A DNA stretch of 64,000 nt from Patellaria atrata CBS 101060 (lineage: Eukaryota), in assembly GCA_010093705.1 (NCBI GenBank), contig MU006092.1, positions 1,010,350 to 1,074,349 of the forward strand. Direction: 5' to 3'. Below are positions 24,285 through 37,340 of this stretch, one piece after another. The notes under the pieces are model-generated. The model did not search any database, was not told where the DNA came from, and saw only the letters and a program-made list of their open reading frames with translations. The position numbers and the translations under genes were made by a program. Within the stretch, counting starts at the first letter, position 1, and the number at the start of each line of letters is the position of its first letter.

Positions 24285-27128
24285 CTACTGCTGCGTGCCT
24301 CCATTTTGACTGATGTTGAACATCATCAATGGCCACACAGCTTGGCCTTGTTGCACTGCCGCCTGGGCTGCTTGTTGAGCGGCAGTGCTGACAATACCAT
24401 CAGAGACTGGCTGGACTCCCTGTCCCTGTCCCGTTGGAACACCACCGTCTGCTTGTCCAACGTCTCTACCAGCCATGCTCATCAGAACACTAGCTGAGCC
24501 TAAATAGTCCGAGTGACCCATATTGGTGGATATGTTCTGAGTCCACTGCCGCCACATGTCAGATCCCGCGTCAGGATGTGGCACAGCAGATGTCGAATAA
24601 GAAGGCACGTTATGATTGGCGGTTGTTGCGTTTTGGTACATGTATGTCTGCGCGGGAGGATCTTGAGAGACAGTATGGATGTTGCTATCAGGTACCTGAT
24701 ACGCTGGTTGGTTCATGGGCGTTGGATTCGGCGGGTAAGGTGGCATGGATGTAGTAGAGGGATCGGGATAAGCGTATTGCGCTTGTTGTGGATATGACGC
24801 TGAACCCGCAGCTACAGGTCGTTCTTCTGGTGGTGTGATATATTTGACATCATTGACTTCTGCATTAGATATGCTCGTAGATCGGTTTGGAGGTTGCGTC
24901 TGTTGTTGTTGTTGAGGTATCTGTTTTAGGGAAGCACTTGCGATAGCTGCCGCAGCGGCAGCATTACTCTTCTTTGTGACATGATTACCAATGCTCCGCA
25001 TTGCTTGCTCTACTATCGCACGGATTGCTTCTTGTAATCTTTTCCCAGAACCTGTAATATAATATGAGTATAGACAGCATCAAAAATAAGTTGTTGCAAC
25101 TGACCAAGTAAATTGCCGTACTCTCCCATGATCTCCAGCCATGATGCCATATCAGAGTTGAGTCTGCTATATTCCGTAGACGTCATTTTGTCCTGTCGTT
25201 GAGACCATACAAAGAGTGTTGTAAAAATAGCAGCAAGATGAACCGTCAATTGCATCCAGTTGCTGTCCAGACATTTGTATTTGTTCACCTGTTCAGCTAC
25301 TCGGAGAATATCCGTGGCAGCTCCTAAAGATTCGTCCAGATTTGTCCTGATAACATTGGGATCAGGGGATCTGCATATAGCTGGATGATGCAGAAGTAAT
25401 CGGGCCTCGGAAGCAAAGACCTGAAGATACAAAGAGAAAATCCGATCCTCGTCAACGGCTTGAGCAGGATCGGCTAGTTCCGGTGGTATCTGCCTACGCC
25501 ATTTCTGGAGATCTTCATGGAGTCTACGGACCGTCGATTCGTAAAGATGCGCTGAGGGTGGATTCACCGAATAGATTGTTTTATACATTGGGGCATATAC
25601 AAGCCATATTTTGCAAATTTGAAGGCCAACCAGAAAGGAGCATTTGGGTTCTTCAGATGGTAAATTATCATTAATGGGGTTCGGTGGTTCCACATCAATA
25701 TCATCCGGCATGACTGACATCGGTCGACCCAATTTACCACTAAGACCAATGTAGAGACCGTGTAGGACCCAGAATACCCTACGTCTAGTCTCGATTTCGA
25801 GCTCGTCCATTTTAGGAGCAGGGTCTGCCCAAGCTTTCACGGAACGGTGCAATCCTAACTCAACGGCAAGACCAAAGGCTGTATGGGTTAAGAACCATGC
25901 AGCACCGGGCTTGGGAAAGTTCCTTATATGGACGGCAATCATTGTCAGAGCTTGGACATCGGCAAGGGTATGGCCAGCGATTAATTCATGAACGAAGCTC
26001 AACGCATAACTGTAATGTGAGTGAGACGATACGAGAGCGGCTTGGTCTGCATTCCTGACGGAGAATTGGTACTGAATAAGTGCAATTACCATATGAACTT
26101 GAACGATTTCGGCGTAAGATGGTCGGAATTGTTGGTCATTATATATTCGTGAGAGCTAGGTGAATTTTTTTTTTAGCACTCGAGAGATCTTCACCTTGTC
26201 GGACAGGGATACATACCATTGTCATAAATGTCGGTTTCCATAAACACGGTGTATATGGATGAAGAGAACGAAAATACCAAGTAGCATACATTTCGGCCTC
26301 ATTGTATTCTTGAGGCAAACGGACCGATTCGTCCCGGGGTTTGCGATTGTAAACAATGGCAAGGAACTGATTATACGCAGCTGGTGATTTCGTATCGTCG
26401 ATATGGTTTGGCGCAAAATCTGCAATATCTATTTCCATTCCGAAAAGTGACATAGATGTTCCCTTGATTGGACTTAAGACCGAGTTCGCCGAGGAAACGC
26501 CTAGGTAATTATCGCCATTACAGCCCGTTCTGAAAGCGGGTAACGCTCGAAATAAGTTTGTCTCCCTCCCTTGCGCTTCTGTTGTTCCATTATTTTGAGG
26601 GCTCCATGGTACTTGCGTTCGAGAAGGCTGTTGAGGAGTCGCGGGCACCCAATTCTGACCTTGTGGAGGAGAAATTGGGTAACTCATGCTCCTAGGCATC
26701 GGTTTGAAATCGCCACCAAGGTCTTTCACCTGCTGTTGTAGTTCGTAAACATAGCTTTTCAAGTGTTGGTTCTCAATCTCGAGAGCCTCTGTATGCCCTC
26801 TGACCGTAGCACGGCCAGTGATCCTGTCGGTCGTCTTGCATTCGGTGTTGTTCTGAAGACATGGCGAACATCCACCTGCTCGGCCGTCGCAACGAATTTT
26901 TCGAATCTGTGCGAAGAGATGAAAGTCAACATGCTGTCTTGATTGCACTGTACAACGACATCAATCGAGATGAATAGTTACCTTGCAACGGTCGCATGCC
27001 TGACCAGTTCGGGTGGAGTTTGTCAGTTTCTTCTTGACAGAGGCCGAGTAGTCAGAAGGATGTGCAGGTGGTGATCGAACAGGCTCTCCTTCTGCAGGGC
27101 GTTTGGCTTGCTGTGGAGGAGGAACCAT
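24285..27128 (-). CDS. Zn(II)2Cys6 transcription factor with fungal-specific TF domain, multi-exon
   Basis: RTGQACDRCK|IRKIRCDG...CSPC...C cluster split by an intron; LGLHR...ETRRRVFW...LGRP middle homology region; Q/P-rich C-terminus. Confidence 0.9.
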
Positions 27129-28075
27129 GATGCGGTGGAGATCGCCGTGGAAAGCGCCGTCTGGTCGAGTGTTGAGTGATGTAAACCACAAAACGTCGAA
27201 CTCGAACCGTCAAGACTTATCCAGCCATTATTGTGCGCCCCTGGGAGATTTCGACGCGCGAGGGCGAGGCGACGAAGGGAGGGAATTCCTTTTCACGAAG
27301 AAGGTCGGGGAGATGCAAGCTGAAAGGGATTTGCGACCAGAAGGGGAAATGGGACTAAGGAAGAACCCCAAGCAGTACCTGGGGGTTCTGGGGGAGGTTA
27401 ATTTGAACTACAGTAGTAGATACCTGCACTTGATAGAACCGCCCGTGATCCACGATTGCTATCGCGCTTTGACTGCAAAATTATAGGCGTCGAAGTGCCC
27501 GCAACTCCACCTTTTGAACCCTTTTTTCCTGCAAAACCCCCCCAGGCCCGAGCGTGAATGGCCCAAAGTTGTACAAATTTAGCCCTCACGACAGCCTTCT
27601 ATTTCTTTATTCGCAAGGAGGTACAGCAGGATCGCAATTGGGGATACCTTTGTAATAGAGAAAAAAACTTAATCTACTTATCACTGACATTTCGAGTTAA
27701 GGCTACGGACTTGAGCCGACTTCTATACCAACTTTCCGCAGCCACAGCAGATAAACGAACCAATTCAATCAATTCATGAAGAGGACACAGGAAACATCAA
27801 GAGGGTTTCCTGGGTCAAAGGCTTTCAAGGTCCCCTACGAATGGTAATTCCAAGATTCCCAGCTTGCGGAGTTTCCGTTAATAGGGACAGGTCCTGGTTG
27901 TCCTGACCCAGAGGCGTAAAATAGCCTGACGGGCAAAGACAAACATCCATCACCGCCTAAGTTCTTTCGCGCGTGAACCGTTATCCACCGTTATCCTCCG
28001 ATCATTTTTAGTCTTACGTGACGGGGCCTCTGACCGTCTGACGGGCACCGTGCAGACCCCATTTGGTCCTTCACC

Positions 28076-28844
28076 ATGTCTTCGTCCAACACCACTTCTT
28101 TCAAGCCCGCCATCGTAGTCGTCGATCTCCAAAATGACTTTTGTCCTCCAGTAAGACTCCGAGTCTGCCTCATGCTTTGACCTCCCTGCTGATAGTGCAT
28201 CTCCCTTTTTGTAGAATGGTTCTCTTGCCGTTGCTGGAGGGAGGGACATAGCTCCGCTGATCAATGACCTACTATCTCTCCCCTTCGCGCTCAAAGTCGC
28301 TACAAAGGACTTCCACCCTCAAGATCACATCTCCTTCGCGTCAAATCACCCAGCTCCAGATAATAAACCATTTGAATCATTCGTGACTATCACCAATCCC
28401 TTAAACTCCTCCGAAACCGAAGTATCGAGACTATGGCCCGATCACTGCGTACAAGGCACTCCAGGCTCTGAGCTCATAGAGGAACTGGACAAAAACAAGA
28501 TCAATGTCATAATCGAAAAGGGTCAGGACAAACGCGTTGAAATGTACTCTGCTTTCGCGGACCCATTTCCTACCACTGTCTCCAGCAGTAGACTGGGAAA
28601 GACCCTGAAAGATGCCGATATAACACATGTATATTGTGTAGGTATTGCAACCGACTACTGCGTCAAATATACAGCGTTAGACTCTGCGAAAGAAGGTTTT
28701 GTTACCTATTTCATTGAGGATGCTACGAAACCAGTTGACCCATCTGCGGTCGATGATGTGAGAAATGAGCTTCAAAAATTCGGAGTCACATTTATACAAT
28801 CACAAAGCGAAGAAGTACAGAAAGTGAGGAGTCTCACTGGCTAA
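28076..28844 (+). CDS. PNC1: Nicotinamidase/pyrazinamidase; intron 28151-28214
   Basis: VVDLQNDFCPP|NGSLAV, TKDFHP, LWPDHCVQGT, EKG...YSAF, GIATDYCV. Confidence 0.93.
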
Positions 28845-29065
28845 AACCCGTACAATCACTACTCTTGAAAGTACAGAATTTGTTGAGTCTTACTGATTGG
28901 TCCTCATCTCCAAGTCATAACAAAATTATAAGGAAATTCATTTTGTTGAAGCCGTCTCATCATAATCATCGTCGGTATCTCAATGCCCCCATTTTCCGAA
29001 AGTGTTGAACTTTTGTCTTTCTCAAAAACACACTATCCGCCAATGCAAGTGACCATGTAAAGCGA

Positions 29066-30178
29066 TCATTTTGATAAATCCTCGCCCCAAATCTCTTTTG
29101 CGATCTCGACCTCCTGTCGAACCTTAGCCCACTGCTCCTCCTCAGTCAAATCATTTCCTTCCGCCGTGGAGCTGAAGCCACACTGATGGCTCAAACACAG
29201 TTGATCCAACCCCTTTGGACAATACTTCGCAGCCTCGTGCAACCTCTTCACGATATTTTCCCTACCCTCCAACGTATTCTTCTTGCTCGTCATAACCCCC
29301 AACACGACAACCTTATGCTCCGGCAAATGTCTCAGGGGCGCAAAATCCCCACTCCTCGCATCATCGTACTCCAAAAAGTACGCATCCACATTGAGTTCCT
29401 TAAACAGCACTTCGGCAACCGGTTCATATCCCCCGCTCGCAAACCACCTGCTCCTGTAATTCCCCCGGCACAGATGAATTCCGATCTTCATGTCGGCAGG
29501 TCTCTTCTCGATCGCCGCATTGATAAGCTGCGCATACCGCCTCGGCAACGTCGTCAAATCCTCATTCCTTCCCTCCGCCGCCTTGCGCATCTCCGGGTCA
29601 CACAAATACGCCAAATTCGTATCGTCCAACTGCACGAACCTGCACCCCGCCTCATACAAATCCGCCAGCTCCTCCTGATACACGCGCGCAAGGTCCGCAA
29701 AGAAGCCGTCTAGCTCCGGGTACGCGACGTCATCGATACTCTTGCGGCCGCCGCGGAAATGCAGCATCGTCGGACTCGGGATCGCGACCTTCGTCGTCGC
29801 CTTTCCCCCCGCGATCGCCTTCTCCAGGAACCGGAAGTCCTCGACCTGGATCGCGGCCGGGTGGCCCAGCTTCCCGCGCACACTCAGCCCGGGCGGCGCG
29901 TGGATGTTCTCGAGCGAGGTCGTGACCTCGACGCCCGACAGGTGCTTGAGGAAGTCCAGGTGGAAGTAGGCGCGGCGGAACTCGCCGTCCGTGATGCTGC
30001 GGAGGCCGCTCTCGAGCTGCTTCTGCACCACGCTGCCGATGTGTGCGTCTTCGATCTCGCGCAGTTGGGACGCTGTAATCTCACCGGAAGCGGATTTCTC
30101 GCGCGCGGTGAGGACGGCGGAGGGCCGGAGGAAGGAACCGACGTGGTCGGCGCGGTAGACGCCGTGGGGAAGGGGCAT
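29066..30178 (-). CDS. Cobalamin-independent methionine synthase catalytic-domain-only protein (MetE C-terminal/YxjH-like), intronless
   Basis: RADHVGSFLRP, ITDGEFRR, HLCRGN, LEYDD, SHQCGFSS (Zn ligands His, Cys, Glu, Cys). Confidence 0.9.
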   Translation of the reverse strand: MPLPHGVYRADHVGSFLRPSAVLTAREKSASGEITASQLREIEDAHIGSVVQKQLESGLRSITDGEFRRAYFHLDFLKHLSGVEVTTSLENIHAPPGLSVRGKLGHPAAIQVEDFRFLEKAIAGGKATTKVAIPSPTMLHFRGGRKSIDDVAYPELDGFFADLARVYQEELADLYEAGCRFVQLDDTNLAYLCDPEMRKAAEGRNEDLTTLPRRYAQLINAAIEKRPADMKIGIHLCRGNYRSRWFASGGYEPVAEVLFKELNVDAYFLEYDDARSGDFAPLRHLPEHKVVVLGVMTSKKNTLEGRENIVKRLHEAAKYCPKGLDQLCLSHQCGFSSTAEGNDLTEEEQWAKVRQEVEIAKEIWGEDLSK

Positions 30179-31032
30179 GATTGCAGTTTGGAGAGAGGGT
30201 CGATGTACGGTAGGAGAAAGAGAAGATAAGGTAAGGTTTGTGAAAAATGTGAATGAAAGTTTTTATGGATGGGTGTAAGAGGCCTGTAAGCACGGCGTAG
30301 ATCGCAGGGGGGTTGTATAGTATTGTGGCCAATCCGTATATTGGAAGAAAAAAGCCTGTATGCAGGGCTCACCGAAAGCCAGGAAGAAGAATTAAGAGGA
30401 GGATAAGGTAAATGGGAGTTCCCAAGTCGAATGTGTATGTAACTTGTACCTGTGTGCCTGTACCAGGACCTCTATCTATGTAGCAAAAGTCCCCTATGCT
30501 CAAAGTACTATACAAAGACGAAGTGTAAAGGAAAGTAGGACAACGGGGTGGGCACAAAAGAGACCTTTATTATATTCATCCTATCTTACCTTAGGTTAAG
30601 TTATAAGGGGAGACCTCATTAGCAACATCACTCAGCATGCTAGCACTCAATTGTTGTAGTGGAGAGGTTACCCCACACGGCAAAAAGAGCTTGCATGACA
30701 GACAACTGCCGCCGTGGTACCGGCATGATGGGCTGCCATCTTACGGAATACGCCCTACAAATTTCCTTAGTTTTGTCTGTACGTTAATAAGCGAGAGGGG
30801 AATGTGGTTTGGGAGGGAGGACGAGGTAATCCTGTATAACAAAGGTTCAAAAGCTAAAAACACAATTGAGCTACGCATAGTACAATATCACACCTGCTGA
30901 GCATGTAAACTGTGATTGTATGACTATCTTTGTCGCAAGATCATTCCGATATTTCCTCGGTGGGATTTTGGATTCTCTTAATAAGATGAGGTTATATTTC
31001 TGCAGGATTGGTCCGAAAATTGCTCTCTTGCT

Positions 31033-31056
31033 TTCTCTCTCTCTCTCTCTCTCTCT
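31033..31056. repeat. (TC)n microsatellite
   Basis: Read directly from sequence. Confidence 0.85.
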
Positions 31057-31436
31057 CATTACTGTACTCATAATTAATATGATTGTTTTGATACAGGTAC
31101 AGAGTCAAAAAAAAGAATAGGAAGATGGTAATAAGGAGATTGAAAATTCCTGATACCTTTTCATTTAGGTCAAAAATGGAGCGTTGGAGTTTAAGATTTA
31201 TTCGCCAGGGATGGATACACTTACATCAAGGTCCAGCAAATACAATAGTAGAGTAAATAGTTCGACTGGCCCGAGCTATCAGGACCATTTTTGAATCCTC
31301 TCATATTCAAAAAGATAAGCATTCAAGAATTTGGATTCGACATTGCTATACTACACGTTTCTAGCTCTTCACACCTCGCAAAGGGAAATGCAAACTGTAC
31401 AACGCACTCCCTCCACCCCTAAAAACCAAAACTCGT

Positions 31437-32387
31437 CTATCTATATTCCGGACGCACAAAGTCAGCCATTGTCTTTGGCTCCTCGTAAGTGTGATGGTCG
31501 CCGTGACCGTGATCGTCGTGATGAGGATCTTCTTGAGGTCCTACATATTCCATCTTAAGAACGTTGCCGCACTCGGTGCAACGTTCGACTGGTCGTGCGC
31601 GAGACATCTAGAGGGGATATGTTAGATTGTGCACGAGAAAGAACAAAGTAAGATGTGTATACGTACCGTGAGCCATTTGACGACGTGGGAATCTGCGGGG
31701 AAACCGGTGCAACCGGCGTATTGCTCATCGCCGAACGAACGGACGATAATCGGGTCGTCGAGGGTTCCTATTCGAGGCGAATATATCAGACCAGAGCTCC
31801 TTGGTTATGTATCCCCATAGACTAGTTCGGGAGGGTCCATATATAGCTGTCGACATAGCCTGAATTTCGCACGTAGCTCTGGAGTGGGAGAAACACACCT
31901 TTCCGTGAGGAATCAAGCGGCTTCATATCAAAGATATCCACACCCTGCATCTTTCCAAGCAATTCCAATCGCTCCAAACCCGTAGCCTGCTCCATATCGG
32001 TAGGGACGGTACCCGGTTTAGCACCGGGGGGAATAAGGTCCTCCATAGACTTGATATCTATAATTTAACGATAATCGTAAGCTCAATTCATCGATTGTAT
32101 AACATAGACCTTAGAGTACAAGTCTCTATCCACAAAACGGGAGTTGTAAGCATGACGCACCTTCAAACTTCTTCAAAGTCTTACTCTCGCCACCCGGTGA
32201 CGGATCATCCTTCGTTAATCCTAGCATTGACTCCGTTAGTACCACTATTATTTCTCAATGGTATCTGCTACGTGGGAAGGGAGCTCCTGGGCTTACGGAG
32301 AACGACTGAGCTGGTGAAGGTGCGTGTAGTAGCGGGGCGGAAGGCTACTCGCCTGGCGAGGGCAAAGGCGGAGCGTTGTACGAGCAT
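31437..32387 (-). CDS. COX4: Cytochrome c oxidase subunit IV (yeast Cox4/mammalian COX5B), multi-exon
   Basis: Presequence MLVQRSAFALARR; PGTVPTDMEQATGLERLE; YAGCTGFPADSH; ERCTECGNV; ends FVRPEYR*. Confidence 0.93.
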
Positions 32388-32647
32388 GTTACTATGCAAT
32401 TGAGGGAGTGGAGATGGGATCGGCCGATAGGGTGTTGATTCTTGCTTGAAGCTTGAAGCGGTCGTGGTGTTAGGTGAGGTTTCCACCTCAGAAATGCCAA
32501 GGCTCCCGGCTCTGCGGCATTCCCTTTCAACTTCAACTATAAAGATATTTTCACCATAATACTTCAGATTTGGTTATGATTAATAAGATGTATTAAACAT
32601 ATTAAATTTTGACTCTCTCCTTCTATCAATCTAGAGGGAGAACCAAA

Positions 32648-34667
32648 CTATAGCTTCGCCGTGATCCCCTGATCATCTCTTCCAAACACTATCACCTTAT
32701 CCCAATAGCTCTGCTTTCCAACGTCCTGAGCTGTTTCTGCGTGGACATTGCTCTCTGATTTGAGTATCCACCTTCTAGCCACCTCAGCGGCTATCTGATC
32801 CTCATCTTTCCTAAAATCTTCAACGAGTAGAATGCTGCAAATTATCCAGTTCAACTGTTCTAAGAGATAACGGCTACGATATTTCAGGACTTGTTCCTCA
32901 GTCCTAGTCACAAAGGTCTTGAAATCAGACCAAGCATTCTGGAGAACGGTTACCCATTTCCTGAACTCTGCCACTTGGAGGTTTTCATCGCCTTGAGGCT
33001 GATTGACCAATCCGGACCATTCGTATAGTAATTGGTCAATCCAGCTGTCTAAAGCTCCGGTAGCTTTCTCTCCAGCCCTCCCTTTCAGCACCCTGATTAA
33101 GTCATCTGCTAGTACATTCGTAGTCCCTTCCCAAATACTCAACACATTAGCATCCCTGTACAATCTAGCGATATTCAGCTCAGCATCCAGATTCTCAAGA
33201 TAACCAATACCACCTAGTGATTCCATGCAGGCTTGAAGGCCACTGATAGAGATTAAAGCAGTACAGGCCTTGGTGAGAGGAGTGATTGTTCGAAGAATTT
33301 GCACAGCCCCGTGTGGGTCTGGCATAAGACGTGATGTCACGGAGGATTGTGCGATGGACGAAGGAGGCGATGGTCGTTCAACCAGACCAAGAAGCGCCAC
33401 AACAAAGAAGGTAAGGTGGAGGTGTGCGCGATATTGTACGTGAACATCAGCCATCGTTCGAACATGAACTGGCGTTTCGATCAGTAGTTTGCCCCCTATC
33501 TTCCTAACCTTTGCAAAGGCCCTAGAGATACCCAAGCCTCGACCCAGGTAACCCATGGCAGTAACAGCATTGTGTACTCTACTGATATTCAATATTGTAG
33601 ATATTTCTTTTGTACCTTGACCGGGGCGGCCGATCATCCAGGCACGAGTGTTCCGTAGGACCAGTTCGGCGGTTGGTAAAGGCCTTGTCCCTAGTTTGGA
33701 CTTTAGACGTTGAATCTGAATACCATTAAGCTCGGCAACCTGGCCTGCAGTCTTATTAGCTGCAGAGCTGGGGGAAGTTCTTCTCATAGGAGCAAAGAAT
33801 GCAGATATTTGCGCCCCTTTCGCGGAGTCTGAAGATGTACGGGCAAGTAGAACGCTCATATTACTATCCGTCGCTGATGAGAACCATTTGAAACCATCAA
33901 TAGCCCAGGGACCTAGGGAATGGCCTTCTGTATCTTGAGAACTTTCGTCCGCACTGAACGACGGCTGATATCGGGCCAGTGTCTCTGTGTTCCTAACATC
34001 GCTGCCACCAATGCGTTCAGTCATCCACTGCCCACTTGTCCATGCTCTTTCCGGATCCCGAGATATCAAACGGTTGTATGCGTCTTCAAAGATCTTCCTT
34101 TCCGTCTCGCCTACTCCTGGATTGTCAAGCTGATTCTTTAGAAGTCGCGCAGCTCCATCCGTCATGGCCGATGGACAAGTAACATTAGCGCAGCTTCCAC
34201 TCCAAAGATGATATTTTAAGAACTGGTATAACCGGGCGAATCTTCCAAAGTTTTCATCATAGCCCAAGCCCACAATCCCTTCTCTTATACCCAATGCTTG
34301 CAACTCTCGCCATCCTGCAGGTGTGACCAGCTTGTCCTGCCGCACCCCGAAGGTGTCCCAGGTCTGAAGGTAAGGAGGATTTGCTTCAGCATCTAATATC
34401 GAGGAGAGCACTGCGGGTGACAAAACTAGAGACCCAAACCTGTCCAAAGAATCCTCAAGTGTCTCAAATAGCTCTAGAGGCAAATGGACTATAGTCTGTT
34501 AGTCTCTGCTTCCCCATTACAGAAACGTGGTGCATACGTGCTACTACACGGCGAAATGCTTTGTCGTCATGGAACTGGTTTAGAACCTCTGGACGCGATT
34601 GAAAGAAGCCGGCCGTCGAGCTGGAGGGGACCGGTTTAATGGTCTCATGATTAGACTGAGATGCCAT
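32648..34667 (-). CDS. AidB-like acyl-CoA dehydrogenase; intron ~34537-34489
   Basis: CPSAMTDGAA, SGQWMTERIGGSDV, GFKWFSSA, LKSKLGTRPLPTAE, RDANVLSIWEGTTNV. Confidence 0.9.
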
Positions 34668-35182
34668 AATGGGAGGATAGCATCCCTAGAATGATCATCC
34701 CCAGCCATTGTGATATAAGCAGTCCTTTCTCAAGGACGTCCACATGCGCGTGACTACTATACTACCCGAGGAGTGGTGGGGGGAAGAGAGAGCAGGTATT
34801 GAAGGGTCAACCGAAGGTAGCTGAAGTCAAAAATCACCGAGGCTCATCTAAACCGACCAATGAAAGTCACAGCTTGGCAGTAACATCAGACGAAAGAGTA
34901 CCTGAAGAATCCAGGTATCAAGAACGAAGAATTAAGAAACATAATTCTATTATGATTTTAGATTAGCACCAGCCTTCTAGAAAACAATTGAAAACCGAAC
35001 TCCTTCAATCTCGCTTTTGGTTGATATTACTGCGCGCATTACATCCTCTGTTTAAGCCGCCACCACGCATCGCTGACTCCAGTTTAGTCTTCGCACAACT
35101 CGAATCAGCACTTTCTATCATTATTCATCGAACCAAATTTCCCGTAGAATGTAGGGGCAATTACAGGCTATTATGAACCCTT

Positions 35183-35887
35183 TCAAGCTTCAGCCTTTGC
35201 CGGGGCATTGGCCTTCTTGTTCTTCATGAACAATGTGGGAAGGAGAGCGCAAGAGGTAGTAAACAGGATGCTAGAATCTGTTAGAGTATGAACAGATGAA
35301 TTTAGGGTATTCGGAACCTACCAAAGGGCAATGCTCAACCCCCAAGCAGCTTTAGACTCAAAGCAGTTGGTCTTCGTGGTCGAAGCTAATAGTTCCCACT
35401 GCGACTTTGAACCACTGACGTTGATATTGTCCGTAATGCTAGCAGCGAATGCATATGCTGCTTGAGCATCTGCTGCCGCAGAAGCATCTCCGATTACGTA
35501 GCAGTTTAAGTAGGACAGAGGCTTGCCGAGACTGACAGCTACGACGATCCAGGCAATGAGAATAAGACCATCGAGACCGGCCATAACGAGGAGACCAAGG
35601 TTGGCCTGAGCCCAGTAGAATGAAATGCTAACAAGAGTGTACAGGGTGGCGATGCATGTCTAAATCATCCTGTTAGATCATATTCTAAGTAAACGACCGG
35701 AGACAATACGTACCACACTTAATGCACCAACGACTTCTTTAGGAGGCTCCTTGTTGCTTGTAACCATTTTTGAAACGAAGTCCGACATAAGGCCAACGAT
35801 GGTGACCATGGAGATGAGTGCTAGAACACGGACAATCAGGAAGGTAGCGCTCAAAGGAGCAGCTCCATAGCTTGGAATAGAAGGCAT
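35183..35887 (-). CDS. MARVEL-like four-TM membrane protein, 2 introns
   Basis: MPSIPSYGAAPLSATFLIVR..., LGKPLSYLNC, CFESKAAWGLSIAL|CILF; four hydrophobic segments. Confidence 0.75.
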
Positions 35888-37340
35888 GATGTATTTGTTT
35901 GGTGGTGATTGGTAAAGACTGCCGAGTTTATAGATTGATTTCTGAGTCTGGAAAGATTGTGAATTGCAGAATGAAAAGAATGAAATCTGCCCGGCAGATA
36001 TAAATATCAAAAAAAAAAAAAAAATGACAGCGATGACTCTATGAAGGAGAGCAAAAACCGTGACAAAAGAAATAAGGAAAGAAAACACAAGGAAATTCGT
36101 GTGAGGTGGTGTTTGATCGATGTGATGACTTTGTCTGAAGATGAGAGAATCTGTAGGAGATACCTACGTGTCTTAAGTATCTCATCGTCCTCCATGTAGA
36201 ATCACAAACATACAAACTAAGTTCGAGAGTTTCTATAATTGTATCTGTTTGCAATGGTTGAGATTTGAGTAGTCGCTGGTGTGGCCAATTAGATAGCAGA
36301 AGTCCATTTTGCGGCTCAAGCCGAAACGAACGTAGGGGAGTTTCATAGACAAGACGTCCCCACCAAAGTGAGCGCTTACATGAAGTAGAGGTACCTGAAA
36401 GACTTGATCAACTGAGACCACTCAGATCTTCTGGATGAAACTATAGCCTCATGCATGTGGTAGCCACATCGACCGGCATTGATTTAGAGCCTCATTGTTT
36501 GGTTGCCATCCGTTGATCGGATAGTTTCAACGGCTTCCGCGGTCGCATCCACCCTAATTGCGCGCGAAACAATTCTATTTTGAGATTCAATGGCAATACA
36601 AATTGGAAGACTTTTCGTCATAACATACACCTTTGAGCTTGTCTGATGTTGTGGTGATTCGTAAAGCAAGCGTAGAGCTGGAAGACGCGGATCGGCATAC
36701 TGCGCTGTAGCTTAAGTTTGTCTTTGTCGAACCAATTCAATTAGGTGACCTGCAAAGTATTGTCGTAAGATAGATGAGAAGTTTTTGGATTAACCGAACC
36801 TAAATCGAATGATGTAAAGTATTGGAGGATGAAAGCGCGAGATGATTGTTTGTGAGCAAATGTCTTTGCTTGTTTCTCAGCGTCAAAATGATTCAGCTGC
36901 GATTTCGCACTAAGCTCAACCTGGATACATGAATTCTGCTGCTTCCATTGTCATATGTGTATGTACATTGGAAAGAAAGTAGATGTGAGAAAGGAATTGA
37001 GCCTATACCTATACAAAAAACGTAATTCAACGATATGTAATTCAGATCACGGTGGAATTTGATTTCTCGGTCATGTTGTAGATAAGTCTCTATTGAAGTG
37101 TGAGATGCATGAATCATCTTTTAGTCCGAAGCTATGCTGTCTGAGCTTGTAGAATTAGCTGCAACGGGCTGAGAATTATTTGATTCTGAAGTCTCAAAAT
37201 TAAATCATAGCCGTTCGAAAGACCACTATTTCAGCATCAAATGGTCCTCTCAGTTATCAGACCACCTGAACTGCCATCTTCCAGTACCCTGATCGGATAC
37301 TTGTACAGTACGATGAGGATTTCGAATTTGCCCGGAATGC

